DNA of 64,000 nucleotides from Macrostomum hystrix (Eukaryota; Animalia; Platyhelminthes): contig CATNEN010000001.1 in assembly GCA_950097015.1 (NCBI GenBank), forward strand, positions 12,896,001 to 12,960,000. Direction: 5' to 3'. The position numbers and the translations under genes are program-made. The notes beneath the pieces are model-generated. The model did no database searches and was not told the origin of the DNA. It worked only from the letters and a program-made list of their open reading frames with translations. Of the stretch, positions 48,151 to 60,178 are shown in pieces; the stretch's first letter is position 1, and each line of letters begins with the position of its first letter.

Positions 48151-49978
48151 GGTATGACATGGTATGATATGGCATTATATGTTGTTATATGGCCTAATAT
48201 GGTATGATATGGTGTGATATGGTATTATATGTTGTTATATGGCCTAATATGGTATGATATGGTGTGATATGGTATTATATGGCTTTATATGGCATAAGAT
48301 GACATAATGTGGTATGATATGGCATGATATGGTATTTAAATGACATGCTATGTTGTGTGAAATGGAGTGATGTAGCACATTATTGTTTTTTCATGTTAAT
48401 ATTGATATAGTATGGTTTAATATTTGTCTATTGTTTTCCAAATTTCTCCTATAATGCAATTGTTGCAGCTCCTGTTCTTGACTTTGGCCCCTGATGGGGC
48501 TTTGCCTGAAGTGGCCTCGCCACTAAACTGTCCTGCTGCACCAGCTGCTGTTCCATACATGAGCAACCTCCCAAATCTTAGCCGGCCTTGCGACTTAGTT
48601 TTTGCTCTCATTTGCGACTTAGTTCGTTTCATTGCTCTATTTACGACTTAGTTTGCTCTCATTTGCTCTCTTTTTCTCTCCCCTTTTTCCTTTTCTTCAC
48701 GCCTTCCTTTTTTGTCCCTTGGTCCCCCCTTTGATTTTTTGGCGCTTGGTCGATTGGTTTTTGCGACTTACCTTGCTTGGGCCTCGTTTCACCCGGCCGG
48801 TTCGGCCGGGTGTTGCACATGTATGTGCTGTTCTGCTAACAGTGCCAGAGGGTGTTTCCTTGGCACAAGCTTGCAAGCATCTGTGCTCTTGTACACAGTT
48901 GTATTCTAGCACTGATTTGTGTATCAGAGGGGTTGGTGAAAACTCATATTGTCGATATGGCCATGACGGAGTTTCTGTAGTCCAGCTTAAAGTTCTACCG
49001 TCTCGAGTTGGTCTTCTGCATGGAATGCATGGAAATGACATTCGACATGTATATCGTGTCAACGGCCATGCTTGGTTGGAAGCCCTGCAGCATCAACAGG
49101 TGATGGACATGGTGCAGGGTGATGGACATTCAGCCACAGCTTTTGCTACAAAGGGAACGAAAAAAGCTACGTAAAGATATCGATAGAATTATAAATACCA
49201 GATCGGAAGAAACTATTGCACTGCTATCAGCTTTTGTTACTGGAATACAACTCATTGAGGAGCAGCGAAACCTTTGCCGTGGTAGACATCAACAGGAAAG
49301 GCCATTGGAAGTGCAAGGACAAGGAGAGGAGCATCAACAGCATGAACAGCAGCTGGACAAAAGTGAGGATAATGATGGAGAACAGGCGAACAGGAATGAC
49401 GAACAAGGTGAACAAGTGGATGAGCATGAAGAACATGATGAAGAGCAGTCGGATGAGACTGAGCCACAACAGTACGAGCTACTGAGCAGCCGATCCTGCA
49501 GAAAGCGGCGACGGAATCAGCCGGAGCGACTATTGAGGGAGACACGCAAACTTTGTACAGGACCAACTAGAATGATCCTTTGGTCACATAATCGCTGATG
49601 GAATTGTGGCGATGCTTGATGGTTGACTAGTATGTTTCTTCTAATGATAGTCATGCGGACGAAGAAGCCTGTATTTTCTCATTTGCATGTGAAAGTGTAA
49701 AAGTCAGAGACAGAAATCTGTTGCTGTTGACTAGAAATTGTGCGGTTGTTGTCCCTTCATGTTTGGTGCTTTAACTTTTCATACTTGTAGTCACTAATAA
49801 AGCTTATATCACATATTACAGCATATGTCATGTTCTGGTAATCCGGTGTCTTGCTATATTGCACTACGTATCGACTCAGCACATTATGTGTCATTGTATT
49901 CTGTATCATTTATGCTTGTGCATTATGCAAAGCGAACCCTATGAACCTATTTGTACAGTCTGTGCAAACCGGCGTTAG

Positions 49979-50310
49979 TCAGCCTTTGGGTAGAAGGGTA
50001 CATGCATGATATTTGTAGGTCAGTAGGTCACTGCGTATGTCCTGTGGTGAAGGCACCGTAGTTGCGATAGGAGCTTGTACAACATTCGCTGCTGCAGTAC
50101 AATCTGCCATTGCTTTCTCTCGCATGAGTGGCTCGCTTATCAAAATCTGCTGATGCGTATTAATGTTCAGCATCAGCTCAAGCAAAACTCGCACCCATAA
50201 TTCCAAAGAGCAGTCACAGTTGCCAAACTCCACCAACGAGAGCGCCTCAAACAAGCAATTTCCATGTCCAGCAGCACTATAAGCGTCTTCGCTATACAAA
50301 CTTTGTAGGC
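49979..50310 (-). pseudogene. OTU-like / vertnin-like cysteine protease domain fragment (probably transposon-borne)
   Basis: GHGNCLFEALSLVEFGNCDCSLELWVRVLLELMLN resembles the OTU/vertnin GDGNCLF..S...G.....ELR.R..E signature. Confidence 0.55.
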
Positions 50311-50903
50311 GCGAGGAGTCATACTATATCATACAATATCATACCACATTATACTATCTTATGCCATATAAAGCCATATAATACCATATCACACTATATC
50401 ATACCATTCAATGCCATATTATACCATATCAGGCCATAAAACACCATATAATGCCATATCATACTATGTCATACCATATCATACCACATTATGCTATCTT
50501 ATGCCATATAAAGCCATATACTACTATATCACACCATATCATACCATACAATACCATATTATCCCATATCAGGCCATATAACACCATATCTGCCATATTA
50601 TATCATATCACATCATATTATGCCATATTACACTATATAACACTAGGCCCCTATATCATGCCATATCTCTGACAGATCCACTGCCAGATTGACTACCAAA
50701 TCTACTGCCAGATCTCTGCCAGATCAAATGCCAGATATAGAGCTAGATTCACTGTGAAATCTGTTTTTTTTCTAATAAGTTTATATTATAGAAATAAATA
50801 TTGAAACATAATAGTAAAGTATTTAATATATTTAAAATATGCCCTTAATGTTTTTATATACATTAGATCAATGAAACAATAGAACAATATATATTTCCCA
50901 TAT

Positions 50904-51543
50904 GGCAGAGCTTATTCCCATGGTCCCGTGCCGATAATTTTCTGCTTATCCACACGGCAGCTTGTATGAATAGGTCTAAAACTCTTTATATATGCCGTGC
51001 CGTTAATTTCAATTTTATCCACGCGGTTCTATTCTTTGAAACGAGGCCCTTTCGGGTTTGAACGTTTTGCTGAACCCTCGAGCCAATAGATCAACAAAGT
51101 TCCCAGTGTGTTACGACAGTGTTCTACATTTTGACCTACACATTCATTAACCGACATTAGTGTCATCCTTTTTAATTTTTGTAATAACAACTACTAAATA
51201 TTTTGTTATCGTTACGTACGTGTTTTCATTCGAATTGTATTGACTTAAAAAGTAAGAAGTCAATCAAAGAAAATCATACGAGTCAACCAGCAGAATTCTA
51301 GTCAGCACCAAGCTCGTCACACATATTATACATCATTGTTATTCTTTTACACTATGCATTGATAGTGTACACTATACACTATCCTCTGAAGCAAAAGCCT
51401 TATGCTCAGAGAAGAATAGGTAGGGACTTGAAAGTAAACCTATTCATACCAGCTGCCGTGTGGATAAGCAGAAAATTATAGGCATGGATCCGTGTGGATA
51501 AAATTGAAATTATCGGCACGGGACCGTGGGAATAAGCACTTCC
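50904..51543. mobile_element. 640-bp Mutator-like MITE
   Basis: ~37-bp TIRs starting GG with subterminal repeats; 9-bp TSD TTCCCATAT (50895-50903 / 51544-51552); empty site in the inverted arm at ~46030. Confidence 0.93.
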
Positions 51544-52219
51544 TTCCCATATAGCTCAAAATTGCAGAAATACATGCCAATTTACTTTTGAACTTTATAT
51601 ACTACTATTGAATTGTGCAACCTAACTACACATAATTTAGCTTTGGCCGTTTGTTCACCAATACAATGTTTAAATGCATTAATATTTCCCTGTCATGTTA
51701 GCTTGCCTTTGATTGATATCCTATATACAATAATTTATCTATGCATTGTAAAAATTATTCAATGAATAAAAGCAAGAAAGTGGCATTTCATTATTTAGAA
51801 GCATATATTACAAAAGAAAACAACACATGTTAGTCAATACAAATAGAGAGGGAATCTAAATATATTGCTGCAGTCTGTTCTCAGATGTAGTAAAATGAAA
51901 CTGAGATTGAATAGAAAGCATGGCTAAACTGTCTATAATCTTTTAGAAATACTGAATTACATAATAAAGCAGGGTGTGCATTAATATACATTTTTGTATA
52001 TAAATAGAACAAAGCATACCTATGCTTCTGCAATGCTAATATTTTATATCTAAATTCCATTTCATAATTATTTTGCTTTGTTACATTAACTCATGTAGAG
52101 TAGATGCATGTATAGCACGAATTGAATTAGATTCGTCACTGTTTAGCTCAAGACAGACTTTTTCTAATGCAATGATATTATAATTACTTTATGACAAAAC
52201 CCTCGAACGGTATGCCACG

Positions 52220-55200
52220 TGTAAACGGAACCATTTATTGGTTATATTGTATTAGCGCAATGACGTTACGCGCGTTGCGCACGAAAAGACGCGAAGTTGA
52301 GTTTAAATCTAATGGACTTAACATACATTATAACCAAGTTTAACGTAAGCATATTGTAAAACTAGGTGCTATACGTACAGTGATCCGTTAATGGCAGATA
52401 AATTAAATTAATCAGCGCACCATTTTGAGGGAAAAGGGCAATAATGTTACAATTGCCCTCCCCAGAAAGGAAGCCAATGCCCTCATCCGCGAATCGAACC
52501 AAGCGACAAAAGCAACAGCGCAAATTGAGGAAACAAAGACAATTGTTTGTCCCAGAAAATGGTCTGCAGGCCTCACAAGAAAGTTAGAAAAGAAGTACTT
52601 TAGAATTACACGTAGCTACCATTTTGCTTACATTATTTTACGCTCGTAGAACACGGAAACATTTTTAATCTTTACTTAATACATAACTAAATGATCCAAA
52701 ATGCAAGATGAGAATTGGCCTTAAAATGCCTGATATTTTTTTGGGATAAAATAATTGATGGTAGCATTGGGATTGGGAAAATATTTAAAATAGAACGGCA
52801 CACTGCTGCAATAAACCAAAGTAGGGCATTTAATAAAATCTGACAAACAATGTGAGTATAGTACAACTCATAAAAAGATGACTTAATTTCAATGCTCATA
52901 AAACGCCACAAAATGCAAAAAGCAACACGGAATTTGTTAACTGGCAAACCATAAAATTACCGAGCACCACACCCGCCACACCCGCCTGAGGCGCGGGACC
53001 AAAATTACGGCAACCAAGTTAGCCAACACAATTTCACCAGCCTTTCACTCACAGCACGACCCAGCTGTCGTCGGGCACCTCACTGTTGCCGTCGCTGGCC
53101 GCCTCGCTCTGTTGCTCGTCGCGCTCGATAGGCTGGTGTGCTCGTTTTAACTTGTTCATGGACGACCCGGCCTGCATCGCCGTCCTTGTAGTCAACCGGC
53201 CGCACCAAGTAGTTCACCGGAGATGTTCGCTGCAGCACTCGGAATGGACCGGTCCACGGTGCCTGATGCTTCGGCGGCAGGCCAGTTGCTCTCGACAGCG
53301 CTGACGGTGGCATGAAGACCCAGACGAGGTCGCCAACTCGGAACCGGCGCCGCTTGGCCTTGAGGTCGTAGTAACGCCGCTGGGGCCGCTGTGCCGCCTT
53401 CATGGATCGCCTCGCCGAGTCGTAGGCGCGAAGCAGCTGGTCGCGGGTGTTGGCAGCAAACTGGCCGATCGTCATTGGAGGCTCCGGTGGTCGGTAGACG
53501 ACGTCAACTGGCAGCGTCATTTCTCGGCCCGTCAACAGGAAGTGGGGCGTGAATCCCGTCGTAGCGTTGACACTGCTGCGGTACGCCAGGAGGCAATGCG
53601 GCAGCACATCCTCCCAGTCCTCTGGCTGAACTGACTGCAGGTGACAGTGCAGCATCTGGTGCAGGGTGCGGTGAAACCTTTCCACCAGGCCATCGCACTG
53701 CGGGTGGTAACCCGAGGTGCGCGTTTTCTGAACTTCGAGCAGCCGGCACAGGCTCCTGATGACTTTGTTAAAGCCACCCAATTGTTAAAGAGGGCCTTGG
53801 CGATGGTTGCCGCCTTCTCGTCCGGCATCGGCACCAGCTCGACCCACTTGGTGAAGTAGTCGACGATGGTGAGTAGCCGATCGTTGCCTTGCCGCGAGAG
53901 CCCGACCTTGACTACGTCGATACCGACGCGCTGCATCGGGAATCCGCTCGCCATGGTCTGCAGTGGAGCTCGATGCTGCCTCGTCGTCTTGGCGCGCTGG
54001 CACACCTGGCACGACTTGACCGCCAGTTTAACGCTCTCGGCCATCTTGGGCCAGTAGCATCTCTGCTTGAGTGCGGCCACGGTTTTGTCCTCGCCAAGGT
54101 GTCCGAGCTCGTGGACCTCGTCGCTGAACTGCTGCTGTCGGCAGCGAGGAATCACAGGCAGTGGCTTCGATTTCACGATCTTATTCAGGATGCCGTCCAC
54201 GAAGCACAAGTCACCGACATTCTGTGCCAGAATCAGGCTCTCCGGCGAGTCGGTCACGTCGGCGGCTACCAAACTTAATCTTTCCACTGGCCAGCAGGCG
54301 GAACACCGGGTCGATGTCGCGATCATGGAGCTGCAACTCACGCAATGACGAAGGTGCATCCGGCTGCACCGTTTCGTCCAGGTTGACCCTGCCGGAGTCC
54401 TCGTCGGAGTCGGAGTCCTCGCTCTCGCTTGGCCGCGGTTGCAGTTGCTGCGTCCTCCTTGACGCATCCTGTCGAGCTGGCTCGGTGTCCGACTGGGCAG
54501 CTACTGCGGAAGCAGATGCCGACGTCGCGACGTTGACGTGGATGGAGCTGACCAAAGCTGCGTCAACCTGGCAGGCCACAGCTGCAGTTTGCGCCGGCGT
54601 CACAGCAGTCGGCTCCGTCTGGCAGGCGGCTGTCAGAAACTCGTCTCTGGCCGACACACTCGACACTGGCTGGTGCACTTTCCTGGCCGTCGAGATAAAG
54701 CATCTGCGTTGCCATGTTGGTGGCCTGGGCGAAAAACGACCTTAAAATTGAATTCGTCGAGCAGCTGCAGCCATCTCGCTAGCTGGCCCTCCGGCTCCTT
54801 GAAACCCAGCAGGTAGGTGAGCGCCTGATGGTCCACTCGAACAGTGAAGGCGCGTGGCAGCAGGTAGCTCCGGAACTTCTTGACGAATCCGACGACCGCC
54901 AGCAGCTCCCGCCGCGTCACACAGTAGTTGCGCTCGGCTTTGGACAAAGCTCGGCTGGCATAAGCGATGACTCGCTCCTCGCCCGCCTGAACCTGCGACA
55001 GCACAGCACCGATCGCGCAGTCGCTCGCATCGGTGTCCAGGACGAACTCGGCGCTTGCCTCTGTCGTGTCAGGGAACGCTAGGATCGGTGCTGACAGCAA
55101 CGCCTGCTTCAGCTGGCTGAAGGCCGCCTCGGTTGCCGGCGTCCACGCGAAGGGCGTCGTCGGCAGAGTCAGGCGACGCAGGTTTCGGCGATCTTGGCGT

Positions 55201-58200
55201 AGTCGCGCACGAATCTTCGGTAGTATGAGGTGATCCCCAGGAAACTTTTGACGTCCTTGGAGCTCCGGGGTGTCGGCCAGTCTCGCACCGCTCCTATCTT
55301 GCTCTCGTCAACGGTGATGCCGCTCCTGCTGACACGGTGACCCAGGACGATCATGCTGGTGTTCGCAAACCGGCACTTCGACGGCTTGATTCGCAGGTTG
55401 AACTCTCGAAACCGCTCCAGGACTGAACGAAGCCGATCGTTGTGCTCGCTGATGGTCCGGCCCATTACGATAACGTCGTCGATGAACACCAAACAGGCCT
55501 GCCACGTCAATCAGCGGAGCACCAGCTGCATGAGCCGCTGGAAGGTTGCCGGTGCATTTCGCAGACCGAATGGCATCACGTTGAACTCAAACAGGCCCTC
55601 GTGGCACACAAACGCCGTCTTCTCCTTGTCTCGAACATTCATTTCGACTTGCCAGTAGCCACTCTCCAGGTCCAGCGCCGAGAAGTAGCTATTTCCTTCA
55701 AGAGCGTCCAAGGTTTCGTCGATGCGTGGCATCGGGAAGGCGTCTGGCTTCGTCACTGCATTCAACTGGCGGTAGTCCAAACAGAATCTTGCCGAACCAT
55801 CCTTCTTGCGCACCAGCACGATTGGCGATGCCCACGGTGACGATGACGGTCGGATGACACCCTTAGCCAACATATCGTCGACCAGATTCTTCTGCTGCGC
55901 GATTGCCGTTGGCGCCAGGCGCCGAAGTCCTTGACGGATAGGTCTAGCATCGCCGGTGTCGATCTGGTGCTTCAGCAACTGAGTCCGGCCGGGGTTGCTG
56001 GGTCCTGCGAAGACTTCGCTGAACTCTAGCAGAAGGCGTTCGACTTGCTGCCGCTCCTCAGCCGGGATGTCGTTGGCGATCTGCACCTCCTTCTGCCAGG
56101 TCGCTGTACCAGTCGGATCTGCCACGCTGCCGCTGCCGGATCTGGTCACTTGAAGATGCGCCAGATCTCGACTCGACAGTGGGCTAAAGTTGCCGACGAT
56201 GTCGCCCTCGAGGATCTCGATCGGTTCGTCGCTAGTGTTAATGGCCGTGACACCCAGTCCGTGGTCAGCCAGCTTGGCTACACAGCGGCCGATCATCACC
56301 CTGGCTGTCTTGCTGCCGCCGATGACGCCTGGCGCCTCCGAGTTCGTCCATGCCGCTGTCCTCGCTGGCCGTAACGGAATGATCCAGCCCTCGCCAGGCT
56401 GTAGCCGAACCGTGACCGCTGCTGCTAGTTTGCACATCTGTGCTGCCTGCCGGGACTTCCGCATTGGCAAGGTGACGCCGAGGCTGTTAAACACGAGTTG
56501 ACATGATCGCAGATGAATTGAAATGTCGTGTTTCACCAAAAAGTCGCACCCAAGGATGACTGGTGCGCTGAGGTTGGGCACCACCAGGAAACTGTGTCGA
56601 AATCTAATAGGTCCGAGAAAAAAACTTAACTGAATTTCGCCCAGCACTGTTGCTTCGATGCCGCCCACGCCGTAGATGGTAGTGCTGCTGGGTCTTAGCT
56701 GCCGCCTGAGCCTGGCCGATCGCACGATGTCGCCGCTGATGCAGGAGATCTCGGCACCCGTGTCGATCATGCACGGCTGGCGTCTTCTGAGTATGCGCGA
56801 GGTGATGAAGCGCACTTGATCAGGCTGACAGCTGGGGCGTGGGGGCAGGGCCGAACTGCTTAGTGCTGAGAGGGCCGGTGCTGGCCCATTGGACCAGCCC
56901 CCCCAGCGTTTGGGCACCTGCGACGGATGTGGCCAGTCTGATGGCAGCCGTAGCAGATCGGCACCGCCCTTGGCTGTTGAGCAGCTGCTGCGGCAGCACC
57001 GGCTGGTCTCCATGGTGGCGCCGGGCCAGCCTGCTGCTGGTGTCGATGCTGATGCTGCCGATGATGCGGATACTTTTGCTGCTGCTGTTGATGTCGTTGC
57101 TGGTGCTGATTTTGGGCCAACATCTCCGGTCGAGCCGCGGCCTGGAAAGCCGGCGTCGGCGCCGCTGCTGCCTCGATGCTCTGTGGCTGCAACTGGGATT
57201 TCATGAGATGCCGGCTCTCGCGCACCTGCTGGGCATAGCTTAGGGCTTGGTCTGGTGTCGTGGGAGGCACCTGAAGGTTCAGCAGCCGCTCTGTTACATA
57301 ATCATCGTTCAGCCCTTGGATGAAGCGCTCCAGGACTGTCTGCTGGCGGCAATCATGAGCTGCAAGCTCTGGGTAGGCCTTGAAAGCAAGCCGCTGAAGG
57401 GCAGTCAGGAAATCCTCGAACCTCTCGTCCCTGCCACGGCACCGGCTGTGAAGTGCACGCCGCAGTTGAGCTGCACTGATGGCACCGCCATGACGAGCAC
57501 GAAGGTGCTGCAGAAGATCTTCGTAGCAGGCACCTGGCAGGAACTGCAGCAAAGTCCCAGCGGGCTGTCCATGCTGCGCGGATAGTTAATAGAGCCAGAC
57601 CTCATAGGTGGGGAATGCTGGCCCCAGGTAACTGCTGAGCGTGTTGATCTTGCTGTAGTCACTCAGTCCTTGGTGCCGGCCTAGGTACAAAGAAATTCGA
57701 CCCAGAAAGTCGTCGAACGGCTCGGATCCGTTGAAGGGCGCCGGCTTTGGCACCGACGGAAGCTCGATAGCTTGTTGGTATACCGGTACACACAGGTTGC
57801 GGGTGCGAGCATCAGGGTGAGCTCCGCCTTGGCACAACGGAGCCTATAGCTCGGCCATTCGGTGCGCAGTGGGTCTTCGTGCAGGTGCCGCTGCTGCCGC
57901 CGCAGCTGCAGCGGAAGGCCTGGTATCCCACAGGAATGAGTCTCCCATCTCTGTGCAGCTGCTTGACAGTTGATTGGGCCTGGGGACCACTGACGCTCGA
58001 GACCGATAGGGGCGTGCTTCCTCGACAGTGAGTTGCACGGGGTCGAGGTCACGAAGCTCTTGATAACGCGTCCGATTCGCCTCACGTTCGGGTTCCAGTT
58101 CGCTGGCCGCCGAACCAGAGGTTGCAGTGGCTGCGGCCGTCGGGCGCAGAATTTCCCGGTTCCTCAAACTTAATCGCTGGAGCTCATCTGCCTCTCGTTC

Positions 58201-58543
58201 CGTCCACATGATGTGCGCTTGTTCGTCTCCGACTGATCGGTGGAAGGCAGATCGACTTTTGGTCCTGGCGTGGTCGCCAAATGTAAACGGAACCACTTAA
58301 ATTATATTGTTGCGAAGTATTTATTGGTTATATTGTATTAGCGCAATAACGGTACGCGCGTTGCACACGAAAAGACGCGAAGTTGAGTTTAAATCTAATG
58401 GACTTAACATACATTATGATTATTACCAAGTTTAACGTAAGCATATTGTAAAACTAGGTGCTATACGTACAGTGATCCGTTAATGGCAGATAAATTAAAT
58501 TAATCAGCGCACCATTTTGAGGGAAAAGAGCAATAATGTTACA
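52220..58543 (-). mobile_element. Complete Ty3/Gypsy LTR retrotransposon (frameshifted gag-pol)
   Basis: 5' LTR 58282-58543, 3' LTR 52220-52451, 4-bp TSD CACG, PBS 58262-58279, PPT 52452-52463; Gag CYGCHQTGHIRRRC, protease DTGA, RT FIDD, RNase H DASD..IGAVL, integrase HHCC + DDE + GPF in Gypsy order. Confidence 0.96.
58262..58279 (-). promoter_or_regulatory. Primer-binding site TGGCGACCACGCCAGGAC (probably tRNA-Arg)
   Basis: 2 nt after the 5' LTR; complementary to a ...CGTGGTCGCCA tRNA 3' end. Confidence 0.75.
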
Positions 58544-60178
58544 CACGTGATATTTAATTTGGCGCGCGGAAAAAAAATATAAAAAGCATAACAAAGAAAA
58601 CTGACCTGCGGTATAGGTGTTGTATTAATTTTGTGTTAATAGAATTAAAGCTCGAGACAATAATCTTATATTCAGGAAAACACGCACAAAAAAAGTGGCA
58701 CACTAATAATGAGGCCACAATCTACTAGCACAAAATCTAGCACAAAAATCGAGCAATTAAAACCTATATAAATCATTGTAATCAATCACATTTACTTCAA
58801 AAGCACCTGGCACATTCAATTCAGCAGTGGCACAACCTCCTACAAAAAAATAAGCTCTGGCACACTTCATAAAATTTTTTCTAAAAAAATATTTTTGCTT
58901 CGTTTTGCTAACTGAAGGACGGTCCCTTTTTCTTCTAGTGGTCCTTGCATTTCACCCCCAAAGTCATGGAAAAAGTTAGTTAGAAAAAAATATATAAAAT
59001 GGCACACATCAACAGACATATATATATGTGTGTGTGTTATAAGCGTTTTCTTGTGCATAACCGCTTGGCTGAGAAAAAAATATTTTCAGTTGTTATTCGG
59101 GGGTGAAATGGGGGTGTTGCTTTTTTCAAATCACACATGGTTGTTTGTGCTTCGAGAAGCCAAGCAAAGAAAGCTGGAAGTGAGATCCTTCTTGTGTGTA
59201 GGATATTGTGTATGAAAGACTACAGGTATGCAAAATATTTTCCTTTTTAGTTTGCAGCTTTAAACAAAAATTAGCACAATTTTAAAACCAATATGCACGT
59301 GTGTTCACTCGGCGCGCTAATAGTAGATATCGTGCTTTTTCAGTTCGAAAGCTACTATAGTACTGCAGGGGTAGTGAAAGCGATAATATTTTCTATCGTG
59401 TCAGTGATTTCTAATCTGCGTGTTGGCCAACAACACACTAAGGCGATATATTATCAAAGTGCATTTATGTATACATTTTTCTTAATATACACTGTAGACA
59501 AGTGTCAAATGAATTGTGTAATTGAGGCCTATTGAGTCAGAAAGTAGCTACTTTTTCTCATATTTTTTTACAAACAGACCCACGAATATGCTGCAATGAA
59601 ATGATTCTGCAGGAAAATTATTCTTTTTTATGTGATTTGAGAAATAAAAATCTTTAAAGGCTGTTAGTGTAATCTGACAAAGTTGCACTATATAGTTTAC
59701 TGCATTTCTTATATAGTTCTTCATGGTGATCCTAATTCTCAATAGTAATTTGAAAGAAGATAAATTATTTTGTATATAATATTTGAATAGGCCTACTTAA
59801 AAGTATAGATTATAACATATTTACATAACTGTCTTAACTAACATGATATAAAAATCAAATTTTTTCATGGAGCCAACATAATTTCTGACTCTAAAAACAA
59901 TTTCTATTATAAAATATAATATTTATCCCAATGGAATAGGAATGTCCCCCACTTCTATTCCCTCTAACATTGCTATCCATTACAATATTGCTTAATTGTA
60001 AGTGTGACAAAAAAGAATTTACTGTCATTATCACTTTGTTAATTGGCCTATATATGATATATACAAATAGACACGAAATTTATATCTTTTTTGTTCTTTC
60101 AATACCTGCTCTACTGCCTTTGCCTAGACTGAATTGCAGTGCCCTATCTGTTTGTCAGGCACATAATAGACACGAAAT

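Larger units (their letters stand above)
46270..48345. repeat. ~5-bp low-complexity satellite (ATATG/ATGGT/ATGGC)n interrupted by a SINE and a MITE; inverted counterpart at 50320-50665
   Basis: Visible directly; orientation flips between the two arms. Confidence 0.9.

Noticed and set aside
53080-58296. Programmed frameshifting to explain the split Gypsy ORFs
   Set aside because: Breaks fall inside gag, RT, RNase H and integrase, which fits decay or sequencing indels better; only the gag/pol overlap near 56860-57013 could be genuine
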